From: Elusimicrobiota bacterium
GTDB taxonomy: Bacteria > Elusimicrobiota > Elusimicrobia > F11
Length of the DNA stretch: 64,000 nucleotides
Reading direction: 5' to 3'
Assembly: GCA_046153645.1 (NCBI GenBank)
Contig: JBJXGI010000044.1
Span: forward strand, 513-64,512
Shown: one piece after another, positions 9,122 to 22,900 of the stretch
Position numbering within the stretch: position 1 is the stretch's first letter
Layout: each line of letters opens with the position of its first letter
Position numbers and translations under genes: made by a program
The notes under the pieces: model-generated
What the model was told of the DNA's origin: nothing
Databases searched by the model: none
Seen by the model: the letters and a program-made list of their open reading frames with translations, nothing else

Positions 9122-9980
9122 CGTTATTAAACAGATGTTGGAACGTTACGATTATCGTCGATTAGAAGATGCTAACCAAGCATTAAGGGAAATCTTGCAA
9201 GAAATTGCTCTCTTGGGTTTGTGGCGGGCAAAATTTTTTGAAAAAGCGGCTTTTTATGGTGGAACCGCTCTGCGAATCCTATATAACCTTGACCGCTACT
9301 CCGAAGATCTCGATTTTTCTCTTATGCAGCCGGATTTGGAATTTGATCTTTCTCAATACCTAAACGCTTTAGAACGAGAAATAAGATCTTTTGGATTTGA
9401 TGTGACCGTCACAAAAAAAGAAAAAACTAAAACAAGTCAAATTCAATCAGCCTTTATGAAAGCAGATACTCAAAAACACCTTATTTTAATTGAGTCTTCT
9501 GAAAAAATAGGTCGACAAATACCTGCGGGACAAGCTCTCAAAATAAAAATTGAAGTTGATACCAACCCCCCTTTGGGTTTTAAAACAGAACCAAAATTTC
9601 TTTTACGACCCATTCCATTTTCAGTAAAAGTTTTTACCTTACCAGACCTCTTTGCTGGAAAAATGCATGAGGTCTTATGTCGACGTTGGAAAAACAGAGT
9701 GAAAGGCCGCGATTGGTATGACTTGGTTTGGTACGCCGCAAATCATCCGCAACTTCATTTGGCACATTTAGAAAAAAGAATGCTTCAAAGTGGCCATTTA
9801 AAACAGTCAGAAAAACTCACGTCAAAACGTTTCTTCTCAATGACATCTAAAGCCATTGATTCTCTTAACGTAGAACAAGCGCGGCAAGAGGTTGAACCCT
9901 TTGTTAAAAACGCAGATTCCCTCCAAATATGGTCAAAGGTTTTTTTTCGAGATGTTGTTAGCCGAATTCGACCGCAATAA
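9114..9980 (+). CDS. Type IV TA toxin, AbiEii/AbiGii nucleotidyltransferase
   Basis: FYGGTAL, RYSEDLDF, KIEVD, AGK...KGRDWYD; ATG at 9114 overlaps the end of the antitoxin gene. Confidence 0.9.
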   Translation: MNDVIKQMLERYDYRRLEDANQALREILQEIALLGLWRAKFFEKAAFYGGTALRILYNLDRYSEDLDFSLMQPDLEFDLSQYLNALEREIRSFGFDVTVTKKEKTKTSQIQSAFMKADTQKHLILIESSEKIGRQIPAGQALKIKIEVDTNPPLGFKTEPKFLLRPIPFSVKVFTLPDLFAGKMHEVLCRRWKNRVKGRDWYDLVWYAANHPQLHLAHLEKRMLQSGHLKQSEKLTSKRFFSMTSKAIDSLNVEQARQEVEPFVKNADSLQIWSKVFFRDVVSRIRPQ

Positions 9981-10118
9981 AGGTACAACTACGCTTGTGC
10001 CAAAATCTTTCTCATCAATTTATCTAAATCTTCTAACTTTTGGATTTGCTCGTGCTCAAACTCGATCACCAAAGGATTCGGCGTATCCGTTAACATGAGG
10101 TAGATTCTAAAACGGTCT
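9925..10118. repeat. Direct repeat copy 1 (~194 bp)
   Basis: Matches 10737-10929 with about 11 substitutions and one T-run indel. Confidence 0.95.
9989..10118 (-). pseudogene. Orphan copy of the last ~42 codons of the giant gene
   Basis: DRFRIYLMLTDTPNPLVIEFEHEQIQKLEDLDKLMRKILAQA* versus DRFRTYLMLTDTPNPLVIEFDHEQIQKLEDLDKLVRKILMQA*. Confidence 0.85.
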
Positions 10119-10181
10119 CCTGACTTTGACAGTGGGGCACTCTTAAAAATCAAATGAGGATTTCGACATTTTTCAATAAGC

Positions 10182-10691
10182 AAATTCCTCCCCATGAAAT
10201 GGGGAGGATGAAGGTGGGGAATGAATTGATATTTCCTTATAAGAACTTTCGAACCACTTCTAAAACGCCTGCCATGTTGCTTAATACCTGATTGTTCCAA
10301 AAGCGAAGAACAGTAAACCCTTTCGATTTTAAATACCGCGTTCGAATATCATCATAGTTGGTTTGTAAAGCATACTATCCCCCGTCGACTTCAATAATGA
10401 GCTTCTTTTCAATACAAATGAAATCAACGATATAAGGTTTAATCACATGTTATCTTCGAAACTTATATTGGTTTTGTTGTTTGTTTCGCAGGTGATACCA
10501 ATGAAGCTTTTCAGATTTGGAAGAATTATTTCTCAGAGAACGTACATTATCGTAGATCATATTTTCCTTTCATAGTTAAGTTTAGGAAGGGAAAATTTGA
10601 GAATGTTAACGGTGAGATTTTAGGTTATTTTAAAAAGGAAAAATCTATTTATTCCCCACCTTTATCCTCCCCATTTCATGAGGAGGAATTT
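10182..10691. mobile_element. DUF559 unit bounded by 41-bp inverted repeats that are themselves palindromic
   Basis: 10182-10222 and 10651-10691 are reverse complements with 2 mismatches; each contains the CCTCCCCAT-N3-ATGGGGAGG hairpin (one mismatch in the right copy). Confidence 0.7.
10237..10560 (-). pseudogene. DUF559 (Vsr-like) endonuclease pseudogene with two in-frame stops; absent from the ORF track
   Basis: Manual translation MIYDNVRSLRNNSSKSEKLHWYHLRNKQQNQYKFRR*HVIKPYIVDFICIEKKLIIEVDGG*YALQTNYDDIRTRYLKSKGFTVLRFWNNQV...; stops sit at the Q of the family motifs FRRQH and DGGQH. Confidence 0.9.
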
Positions 10692-10736
10692 ATCTATCGA
10701 AAGCCATGAGAATTCTAGAGATTTGCCAAGGTCAGG

Positions 10737-10929
10737 AAATATGGTCAAAGGTTTTTTTCGAGATGTTGTTAGCCGAATTCGACCGCAATAAAGGAATGAC
10801 TACGCTTGCATCAAAATCTTTCTCACCAATTTATCTAAATCTTCTAACTTTTGGATTTGCTCGTGATCAAACTCGATCACCAAAGGATTTGGCGTATCCG
10901 TTAACATGAGGTAGGTTCGAAAACGGTCT
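10737..10929. repeat. Direct repeat copy 2 (AbiEii 3'-end relic plus true 3' end of the giant gene)
   Basis: Matches 9925-10118. Confidence 0.95.
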
Positions 10930-13900
10930 TTTTCTCTCTTGAAATCGATTTGAGGAATGTTTGAAAAATCTAAAAAGGCTCTGAATTCTTTTTTCATAGA
11001 TGCAGGGGCAATAAAACGAAAGAGACTATATTGTAATTCATCTTCTGAAATGACCCCCTTTTTAAATGCGACCGATAAATTCATAGCCTGCTTTTCATCA
11101 TAAATCTCAATACTGACATTGGCAGGTGCAGACGCTTTTAACTTTTCCAACTCAGAACGTATTTGGGAGTTTTTACTCACCAAACGGAAAATAACAGGCA
11201 TGTTCTTTTTTCCTGCTTCTTTAATTTCATTTCGAGCCAATTCAATTGATTCTTTAACATTCGTTTCACCAATAAACTGAACAACAATTTGGGGACGACT
11301 GAGATTTTGAGCTATTTCTGACCTTGGATTTTGAATTTCTCGCATGAGCCCGTGGAGTGACCCACCAAAATAAGCGCGGCCTGATTTCTTTTCTCCTGTT
11401 AATACAAACCGCACCAAATCACCAAATTGATGCAGCTCTTCCGGATGATCAACCAAATGACGAGATACCAATTCTGCGATGTTGCCAATGCGAGTGCCGG
11501 TGTTTTCGCTTGAGGTTAACTGCCCTATTTCTAAATTGAGCGGAGTGCCCTCTACCACCTGAAGCAATAGGTTTCGTAATTGAATTTGATCATCCCGGTC
11601 ATAAAGTAAAGGAGAAACTTGAGTCAAAACTTCGTTTTTCTTTCCACCAGATATGAAACCGATGAAAGTAGCTGCAGTTTGCTTAACCCATCCCAGTACG
11701 GTGCCATCGTCTGCGCCTGGAGCGGGTCGTTGTGAAGCTTTGCTCTTCTCAACTAAAGCAGCTATTACCCCCCAGAAAGTGTCATTGGCAACTTGTGGCG
11801 ATTTATCTTCACCTATATCTCGAAGGTAATAATTCCTTGCAATAATCAGTGCTTGAGCCAATTGAGAGAAAATAATTTCATTCTTTGCTGCCTGTTGAAT
11901 CATTTCGTAAATGTCTTCGAATTTTATTTGGAGATCAGGGTTATTATTAAATACCTGTTCGAAAAGAGCACTGATCATCGAATCTGCCATCATCTTTGCA
12001 TCATTCGATGGCGCATTTTCTTTAAATAACAATAATACGGAGCCTAATCTTTCAGGGTTATTTACTAATGATGCATTAAGCGGTGTTGCCAAAATAAATA
12101 ATCGTAAATTCTCTAAGGTTAAAAGAGAAGAGTCCGCGACCAGAACATGCCGGAGAACAAAGGAATATAAATCAGGATGCGAAGCCAGCCATGGTGCCAG
12201 TTTCCCTGTAAAGGTCGTAAATATTTCACCAAAAACAACTTTATCACTCACTTTGAAATATCCGGCAGGGACAGTTTTAAAAACATCCACTAAAAGAATA
12301 ACAACCTTTCCTTGAGTATCCTTACTAGCAGGATCATTTTCGGAATGGTTTTTTATTACAGAAATTAAAAACTTTAAGACGTTATTAGATAAAACCAGGT
12401 TGTTTTCATCAAAAATATCTGCAGATAATAATGGGAAAAATTCCCTTAACATTAATAACCCATCCGAGTCAATAGGCCACCGGATAAGAGTGTTCATTGT
12501 TCTTGAAATAAATTCATTATCATCTTTTCCAAAATATTCTCTGGGAATTGTTGGCATTAAGCAAAGCAGGAAAAAAACAATTTTAGTTCTGTTATTCGAA
12601 ACAGATTTTTCAAGCAAATATTTAATAGTTTTCTTCAATAAATCTTTATCATTTTCATTAAAAAAGTTCCCTTGCACAAAATTAGAAACCCAGTCATCCA
12701 AAATCGATAATATTATATTGAAATCATCCCCTGTTGTTTTTTGAAGTCTATTCATCAAGCTAGAGACAATCATTTTTTGCAAGACAAGGTTGGCCCTCGA
12801 GAACTTAATACCACTAAAGATTTCAATATTTCTCTTCTCGTTCCCTGATTTAATAATCGTTATCACTGATAATAAAGCAGCCACACTGAAGAGAAGAATA
12901 AGAACCATCCCACTTGAGAACCAGGGAATAACAGCCGGAAGGCCAAGCACGAACCCCCCTAGGATAATCCAGCTTATCGATTGCCATAAATAGACCTTCA
13001 ATTCATTTTTTATTCCGTATTGATGTAATTTTTCATGTAATGGCACCAATAACAGGTTAAGTACAACAAGAATGTATAACCGAACAAACCAATGGCCAAC
13101 TTTTTTAAATGAAGAAGCGTTTTGAGGAAGGGGACTTAAGAAATAGTAAAAAATGGGATTAACTTGGAAAACTTTAACTTTAGGATCATATTGAATAAAA
13201 TTTGTTCCTGACACTGGAAAAACAGGCACTCCCCACAACGTGAGTATCGACGAAGGCCCCCTGGGTAAATATTTCTCAAATAATTTACCAGAAACAGAAA
13301 AACCAAAGACCACTCCCAAAAGAACAAAGAAACATAAAGCTGGCATCACGAGAAGCACAAGTAACCCTTTTATGACAGGTTCAGCATGCCAACCGTACAC
13401 ACTCCACGCAATCAAAACAGCCACCAACGCAATAACAATAGAAACACCAAAAGCGGCAAGCGAATTTTTTAAGTTGATGGGGTTTACAGCCCGTTGAGAA
13501 GCTTTGTGCCTTTCAACTAAAGTACTGATCGCGTACCAAAAAGAATTACTCGCTGCCACGGATGATGTTTTGACATCAACAAGGAAACCATTGCGCAGCA
13601 TAATAAGCGCTTGAGCCAATTGACTGAAATTAATTTTGCTTTCCGCGTACTTCCATATCATTGCGGCAACCTCTTCAAAATTAATACTTAATTTCTCTTC
13701 TCCTGGTGAGGGCTCTGGCAAGGGAATCGGAAGGGTGTTCAGATTTTCATATAAAGCTCCCTTTATCGCATCCGCCACTGACTTGACTTCCTCAGAAGGA
13801 GAATGGAGGTAAAAAGACACCAATATATTCGCCAAATTTGATCTTCCAACACCACGACTATTCCAACCGGTCAATGGAATTGAAACAATAAACAAGCGTA

Positions 13901-16900
13901 AATTCTCTAAAGTTAAAAGAGAGGGGCATACTCTGAATAAAGTTCCTAGTCCCTTAACTTCTAGTGATACCGGACTACTGAAGTTCCCAGGCATTTTAGT
14001 CATCAAATGGCTCAATAGATCTCCAAAAATAATTTGATCATCAACATCAAAAAAACCATTGGGGAGCTTACCAAGCAGTAAGTCCAAAGCATTACTTGAT
14101 TGGTTCAAAAGGTTTCGACTGAGAAGAGTTTCTTCCGACTGAGCCTTCATGGCGTCACTTAAAAAAACTACAATTTTTTTGATCAGATCTTTATTACTCG
14201 GAACAAAAAAATCTTTGTCTACTAATTTAAAAAAATCTTTTAAAAGGACAACCTGGGGATCATCATTTAGATTTAAAATTACACTCTCCGTTACTTTTAA
14301 AATAAATTCTTTATCTTCTCGTGTAAAATATTTAGCGGGAATTTTTTCAAATAGCCTCATTAAAAATAAGTTTATACCCTTCCTATATTCTGAATTTGAT
14401 CTATTGAGCAAATTCTCAATGACAATTTTCAGAAAACCTTTATCGTCTTTATCAAAATAATTATTATTTATGTTAGAAAGAATAACTGACGTGAGGCGCA
14501 TGTTCTCCTCAAGAACGGATTCATCGGCCTGTTGAAAATTATTCATCAAAGTTTTAATAATGGCTTTTGTTAAAGACTTATTATCATGAAAAAACCTGGT
14601 CAAATCAATAATCTTAAAAATTCTCGCATTTCTCTTTTGCCGCCCTGATTGAATCATCGTTACCACCGATAATAAAGCGGCCATACCTAATAGTCCCATG
14701 AAAACGCTCGAACTGGTTAGCCATGAAACCTGTGCTGGCAGCCCAATAATCGAGCCGGCCAAAATAATCCACAACATAAATTGTAAGAGATAAACAGTCC
14801 ATTCACTTTGTTCGCCTTTGACATGTGATTTTTCATGAAATGGCACGAGCAATAAATTGAGCAGCACAAGAATAAAAAATCCTATCAAGCGATGGATTAT
14901 TCGTTTGAGTAAAAATGTATTTTTTGATGGTGGGCTTAAGAAATAGTGAAGAATTGGGTTGAGCTGGAAAACCTTTATGGCAGGGTCATATTGAATCAAG
15001 TGGGTGCCTGACACCGGGAATGCAGGCACACCCCATAAAGAAATGAGGGGTGAAGGCCCTCTCGGCAAATACTTTTCAAAAAGTCGACCAGAAACGAAGA
15101 AACCAAGTACCACACCAAAAAGAATTGAGAAAAAAACAGCTGGTAGTAACATAAGAGTAAACAACCCTATTTCCATTCCTCCCAAACGCCAACCATTGAC
15201 TCCCCACGCCAAACCAACCGCCACCATCGCCAGTGCAAGAGAAATCCCAAAAGCTGCGGCTGAATTTCTTAAGTTGATGGGATTGGGTTTTGTAGCATCA
15301 CTGGAATTTTGAGAAGCTTTATGGGCAGCAATCAATTTAGACACCACATCCCAAAAGAAACCTTCCGCTGCTTCTTCTGAGGATTTTTTTTGATCTATGT
15401 AACCACGCCATGTCGTCGAAAGGGTTTGAATTAATAAATCGAAACTATTGACGTCTTTAGAAAGGTCGATTAACATTTCGATGAAATCTTTATTATTTAC
15501 CAAAGAGGATTGGTTATTTAATACTTGATTAATGGCATTTGCGAAAGGTGAGACCGGGTTCTCATCGGACTGCGATCCCATGAAACGAATGAAATCTCTT
15601 TGCCAAGGACGAAAATGGTGATCCAGGTTTTGGGCGAAAGAACTGACAAACAACCGCACATTTTCTCTATTAAATATTTTATCTAAAGCTTCCTGAATTT
15701 CCCTTTTTAATTTTTCTTTGACGATTTTAGTTTGGAGACGAGTGAGCATCTCGACTTGTGGATGATTTTCATAACTTATTGTGTTTGAATCAAACGCAGT
15801 GATATCTTTTATTGTTTCATCATCTAATCCATCAAAATACCCAGGAGGAGTTTTTTCTATAAGTAGTAGTAAATTATCTCTGGTCCTAGCATCGAACTTG
15901 AAGAAGTATTTAAAATTATCGTTGAAAAATATTTTCAACTTCTCATCTGGTGAAATATCAATAGTTTTAAGGAATGAATGTATCAAGGGAATTCCCAGAT
16001 TTTCGATTGAATTATATCGCCAATTTTTTTCAAAGTATTGAACCCATAAACCAAATATTTCTTGGATGAAATCAACATCCTCATCACTTTCACCATTGAA
16101 AATATTTTCAGAAACTTTAGGCATAAACGCGCTTAAGAGTTCAAGTTCCATTTGAACCGTACCGTCAAATTCTTTATCTACCAATAGCACACTGAATCTT
16201 TTTACAATTTCCCTAAGAAGATCCTTATTAATGTCGTCAAATGAATTTGATTCTATTATCTGCTTTAAAATATTGTACGGCCGAAAATCGTTATTTTTTC
16301 GTTTATCCAAATTCCGAGTTAAATCGCCCATTACTTTTCTAAGAAAATCTTCATTATTTTTATTAAAAAAAGAATCATTTAATTTCTTAGAAAAAGACTC
16401 CAAAATACTCATTGCTCGAGTTTGAATAAGAGGATCGGGATTTTCCAAATCTTCCAATACCGTTGCCATCAACTCTTCAATAAATTTTTGATCGTTTTTG
16501 TCGAATAATTTGTCTGGTAAAGATGAAAGAAATTTAAAAAACAAATCGTAACCCAGATCGTATCCTTGCACCATCGGTCCATTCTTTAAATGCGTTATCC
16601 AATTCCAAAGGAGTTCTTTTATAAGTTCTTTATCATTAAAATTAAATAAAGTATGGGAAATAACATTCTGATTGAAGCGTAGCACTTGCAAACTTTCCAA
16701 TTGAACTTTTTCATTTTTGTCAGATAAATTTGAGACTAAAACCCGAATCATTTCTTTTCGAAGAATTGGGGATGTGCCCCTTAATCCCATATATTTTCTA
16801 AGAATTTCTAAATCGTCTTTTTTTATATTTCTATATATCAACATGAACAAAATAATGATTGAAGGAAAGATAATAAACAGTGTTGCTATATCTGGACAGA

Positions 16901-19900
16901 CATAAACCATCCCACTCAACATTCCCATTAACATAAGAACTTGAAACCCAAAAGCAAAGAATTCATCTTCCCAATAATCCGAATGAAAGAATCCATGAAA
17001 ACGTTCATGTAGCGGAACCGCCAATGCAAAAAGAATAAAATGAAGAGTCAATCTTATAGCAAAGTGGATAAGCCTTCTGAAAGAAGAAGCATCTTTAGGA
17101 GCGTCACTTAGAAAATAGTGTAACACAGGATTAAGCTGAAAAACTTTACCATCTGAAACATATTGAATAAAACTGGTGCCGGGGACAGAGCGAGCGGGGT
17201 AACCCCATAAAATAAAGATAGGGGGCCCTGTTGGAAGAAAGCTTTTCCCTACTTTGGTCGCTATCATAAAACCAATGACCAAAAACATCTGCATTAAGAA
17301 AAAGAGGGGCACCACCAATAAAAGAACCAACCCTCGCCCACTTGGATTCCAATCCAATAAACCCACACCAATACCCCAAACAGCAAACGCCAGAGCAGAG
17401 ATCACCCCAAAAGCTGCGGCTGAATTTTTTAAGTTGATGGGGTTTGAGTTATCTTCTGAAGAAGCCTCTTGAGAAGCTTGGCCCATCTTGACTAAAGCAG
17501 CTATTACCCGCCAGAAAGCGTCATTGGCAACTTGTCGCGATTTACCTTTATCTATATCTTCAAGGTAAGCATTTCTTGCGATGATCAGCAGTTGGGCCAA
17601 TTGAGAAAAAGTATCTTTATTCTTTGACGCCGTTTGTATCATTTCGTAAACGTCTTCGAATTTTATTTGGAGACGAGGATCATCATTAAACGACTGCTCC
17701 CAAAGAGCACCGATCATTGAATCTGCCAACATCTTTACATCATCAGATGACGCAATGACTTTAAATAACACCAATACTGAACCTAACCTTTCAGTGCTAT
17801 ATAATAATGACGTGTTAAGTGGTGTTACCAAAATAAATAATCGTAAATTTTCCATAGTTAAAAGAGAAGGGTCTGCGGTTAAAGTATTTCGGATGACAGA
17901 GAAATACAAGTCAGAATCTGAAGCCAATATTGGTGCCATCTCCCCTGTAAAATAAGCAAATATTTCACCAAAAACAACTTTATCACTCACTTTGAAATAC
18001 CCGGCAGGGGCAGTTTCAAAAACACTCGCTAAACAAATAAAAGCCCGTTCATGAGTAAGCTTATCACTATCATTGTTTCCGGTATTTTTTTTCATTACAG
18101 AAATTAAAAATTTTAAGACACCATGAAATAGATCCTCGTTGTCTTTATCAAAAACATCTGGGGATAATAAAGGTAAAAAGTCCTCTAACATTAATGATCC
18201 ATCTAAATCAATAGGCCACTGAACCATAACGTTTATTATTCTAGAAATAAAATCGTTATCATCTTTTCCAAAATATTCTATGGGAATTTTTGGCATTAAC
18301 GAACTCAGGAAAGAAACAATTGTAATTCTGTTATTCGAATCGGAGTTTTCAAGCAAATATTCAATCGTTTTTTTCAGCAAATCTTTATCGTTCTGATTAA
18401 AATAATTTTCTGCGTCAGAGTTATAAGCCCATGCACTCAAACCTGTAAGAGCTCTTTTCAAATCATCTCCTTTTGTTTTCTGAAGGCTATTCATATATAC
18501 AGTGATAATGACTTTTTGTAACGAAAAGTTGGCATGCTGGAGCCCAATACCACTCAAGATTTCGCCATTTTTTTTCTCATTACCTGAATTAATAATCGTT
18601 ATAACGGATAATAAAGATGCCAAACCAAAGAAGAGGGCAAGAACGGTAATACTTGAAAACCATGGAATAATATTCGGAAGATAAAGCACGGATCCCACCA
18701 AAACAAGCCAAAGTAAAAATTGTACCGTATAAACAGTAAATTCATTACCCTCACCTATGACATGTGCCTTTTCGTGAATCGGGACCAATAATAAATTAAG
18801 TACAACAAGAATGGAAAAACCAATAAACCGGTGGCCAACTTTTATAAATGGAGAAGCGTTTTGAGGAAGTGGACTTAAAAAATAATAAAAAATCGGATTG
18901 ACTTGGAAAACTTTAACCGCAGAGTCGTATTGAATGAAAGTCGTTTTTGAGACAGGGAAAACAGGTACCCCCCACAACGTGAGCAGTTGCGAAGGCCCCC
19001 GGGGTAAATATTTCTCAAAAAATTTACCCGTTATAGAAAAACCAGATACCACTCCAAATAACATGAAGAATAATATTGCTGGCATCAACAAGATTTTAAA
19101 TAACATCTCTGTTTCTGGTGCAGCGCGCCAACCATACACACCCCACGCCATCAAAACCGCCACAGCCGCAATCGCAGCAGAAACACCAAAAGCGGCAAAC
19201 GAATTTTTTAGGTTGATGGGGTTTGGTTTTGTAGGATCCTCAGAAAGCCCAGGAGATTTATACCTAGCTATTAATTGAGACACAACATCCCAAAAGAAAT
19301 CCTCTGCTGCTTTTTCTGAAGATATTTTTCCCTGTTCATACCCCCGCCAGAACATTGACAACGACTGAACTAGGGCATCAAATTGCTCAGGATCTTTAGA
19401 AAGGGCAACTAGCATTTCCAAGAAGTCTTTGTAATTTACTAAAGAGGTTTGGCTCTCTAATACTTTAATAATGGCTTTGGCGAAAGGAGGAATAGAATTA
19501 TCATCAGGCTGTAACCCGATTAGACGAATGAAATCTCGTTGCCAAGCTTGAATGCCACCATCCACGTTTTGACTAAGATGATCAACAATAAACAAACGAA
19601 CGTTTTCTTTAGTGAATAATTTATCCAAAGCTTTTTTAATTTCTTTTTTTAATTTTTCGTTGGTGATTTTAGATTGGAGAAGCGTGAGCACACTGGCCTG
19701 AGGAAAATTCTCATAACTTATCGTGTTTGAATGAAACGTGGCAAGCTCTTTTATTGTTTCCTCATCTAATTCATCAAGATACCCTTGAGGTGCTTTTTTT
19801 AGCAGCAACCGTAAATTATCCATTGTACGACTGTCAAACTTAAAGAAATATTTAAAATTATTGTTAAAAAATTCTTTTAACTTTTCATCTGGCAAAATAT

Positions 19901-22900
19901 TAATAGCTTTAATGAATGAATATATTAAAGGAATTCCATCATTTTTAATTGAATTAAAAGTCCAATTTTTTTCAAAGTATTGAACCCATAGTCCAAATAT
20001 TTCCTCAATAAAAGAAACATCTTCTCCATTAAAAACATTTTTAGGGACTTTTGACAAAAATTTTCCTAGAAATGTGAGTTCAAATTGAATTGATCCATTA
20101 AATTGTTGCGGCGCTAATACGGAACTCATTTTCCTCAAAACCTTCTTAACAAAATCTTTATCATTTCTTTCATATGTATATTCTGATAATAAACTCATTA
20201 ACTCAGAAATTGCTTTAAAATCCCCTCCTTTTTCGATATCCCAAATTAGAGCATCCACGATTTTTTCCAATAAATTTTTATTCTGATTAAAAAAAGAAAC
20301 GCTCAATTTCTGGAAAAAGTTACTCCATATTTCTAACGCTTGATAACGAACTGCTTTATCAGGATTCTTAAAGTCCGCTAAAAGCGGCAGGATTAGATCT
20401 TCAACGAATTTTTGATCATCGATTGTAAACAACCTATTTGGCAGAAATAAAATAAGTCGAGACAGTATATTGTAACTGAGACGACGTTCTTCTCCTGATA
20501 TTCCGCTTATTCGATTGTAATATGCGGCACAATTCCAAAGCAGTTCTTTTATAAGCATTTTAGCATCAGGATCAAAACGAGAACCAGAAATAGGATTTAC
20601 ATATCTAGAACTAAGCTCTAATATTTTTAATCTATTTTTTTCATCTAGATCATCCAAGTTTGAAATCCAGATTCGAATGATTTCCATTAAAAGTAGTTTT
20701 GAAATGATCGGAGATTTCAGATATTTAATATGAATATTTAAATCATCTTCTTTAAATTTTTTATATATCAACATGCTTAAAAGAACGATACTGGGAAAAA
20801 CAATGAACAAGGTCGTTATGTTAGGGAATGTATAAATTATTCCCGTAAACACGCCAACCAACACAAGGGCTTGGGCGCCAAAAGCAACCAATTCATTTTT
20901 TATACCAGCTGCATGAAGCCGTTCATGCAACGGAACCGCTAACGAAAAAAGAATAAATCGAAGAGTAAACCCAATAGAAGCATGAATAACCTTTCTAACA
21001 CGAGAAGAATTTTTTGGAGCGGCACTAAGAAAATAATGGAGCATAGGGTTCAGCTGAAAAACTTTAATGGAAGGATCATATTCAATGAAATGAGTTCCCG
21101 GAATAGAACGAGCAGGGTAACCCCATAAAACAAAAATGGGTGGACCTGTGGGCAAACGATCTTTCCCTATCTTCGCCCCCACTTGAAGAAATATCGTAAA
21201 AAACATCTGGATCAAAAAGAAAACAGGAATACCTATTAATAGTGCTGTCGCTTCCCGAGAGGGGTTCAACCCAAAACCAACTCCTAGACCATAAAGTAAT
21301 AATGCCAGTGCCAACGTTACACCAAAAGCTGATGCCGCATTTTTCATATTGATGGGATTTGTGGAATTTTCATTTGAACTAAGTTGGGAAGACCGATGCA
21401 ATTCGATTAATGAAGATACCGAATTCCAAAAAAAATCTTCTGCCGCTACTTTTGAGCTCTTCTTTTCTTCTTCATAACCACGCCAGGCCATTGAGAGGGC
21501 CCGAACCATCACATCAAACTCTCCAGGATTTTTAGAAACGTTTATCAACATCTCCATAAAATCTTTATGCCTTATAACGGAATCTTGATCCTCTGAAACT
21601 TTAAGAATTGTCTTTATCAATAGTGGCGCGTCATCTTCATCAGATTGTGATTCCATTAAAAGCATGAGATCCTTTTGCCAAGGCTGAAGGGCAAGATCTA
21701 CGTTTTCTGAAAAAGTATCCATAAATAATCGAATGTTTTCTCTAGTGAATAACTTATCAAAAACATTTTGAATTTCTTTTTTTATTTTTTCATTTGTAAC
21801 TTTGGTCCGAAGACGAGCAAGCATCATGATTTGAGAATAATTCTTATACTTTATTTCTATGAAATTAAACGCGGCAAGCTCTTTTATAGTTTCTTCATCT
21901 AATTCATCAAAATACCCCTGAGGAGCTTTTTCAACAAGCACCCCTGAATTGTTGTTTGTCATCCAACTATCAAACCTAGAAAAATATTTCAAGTTTTTAT
22001 TGAAAAATGTTTTTAATTTATCACCCGATGAAATATCGATAATTCGAATGAAATCAGATCGAATTTTATTATTCCGAATTAAAACATCATTCTTGTTTTT
22101 CTCAAAGTACTGCACCCACAAATCAAATATTTCCCGAATAAAAGAGGCATCTTCTTCATTAAAAACATTCGTTGAAATTTTTGACATAAACTTCCCTAAA
22201 AACTCAAGTTCGATCTTAGATGAAAACTTAAATTCTCTAGACACCATCATGACGCTGATTGTTTTTAAAATAGTTTTAATAAAGTTTTTATCATTACCTC
22301 CATATGAGTATTTACTTACTATATTAATTAAAGTAGTCAACGATACAGCAGCAATCTCTGGCTCTTTATCTAAATTCCAAATTAAACCATCTATTACTTT
22401 TTTAAAAAAGTTTTTACTATCTTCTCCAAAAAAAGGCGATCCTAATGAAAAATAAAAATGCCCCCACATTTCTATTATATGAGAACGGATTTCCGTATTG
22501 GGATTCTTTAAATCTTCAATAAACGGCGCCATGAGTTTTTCAACATTTTTCTGATCAGTATCTTGAAATAATCCATTGGGTATGCCGGCAACAAATTGAG
22601 ACAACAATTCATAGCTTAAGCGATATTTTGGTTTTTCTATGCCGTCAATCTGACTGATATGAACTCCCCAATTTCGGAGGATTTCTTTTAATAACTTCAT
22701 ATCTGAGGAATTCCATAGCCCACGAGAAAAAATATTCTTATTTGCACGCAACACTTCTAAACTTTCCAACTGAATCTTTTCATTACCTTCCGCCAACTTC
22801 GAAACTAAAATCAGAGTTGCTTCTTTTCGAAGTTTTGGGGCTATGGTTAGCCATAAATATTTACCAAGAATTTTAATATCGTTATTTTTTAATTTTTTAT

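Noticed and set aside
9989-10300. 103-aa ORF as a real gene
   Set aside because: It strings together an off-frame part of the DUF559 pseudogene, the palindrome and the orphan giant-gene tail.
10237-10560. Stop-codon recoding (TAA/TAG as Gln) in the DUF559 gene
   Set aside because: TAA and TAG end many normal genes in this window; C-to-T decay is the simpler explanation.
9925-10929. Template/variable repeat pair of a diversity-generating retroelement at the giant gene 3' end
   Set aside because: Mismatches involve all four bases rather than adenines on one strand, and no reverse transcriptase is in the window.
13690-13740. PIPLPEPSPGEE segment as another palindromic insertion
   Set aside because: The peptide looks similar, but no convincing DNA stem could be found.
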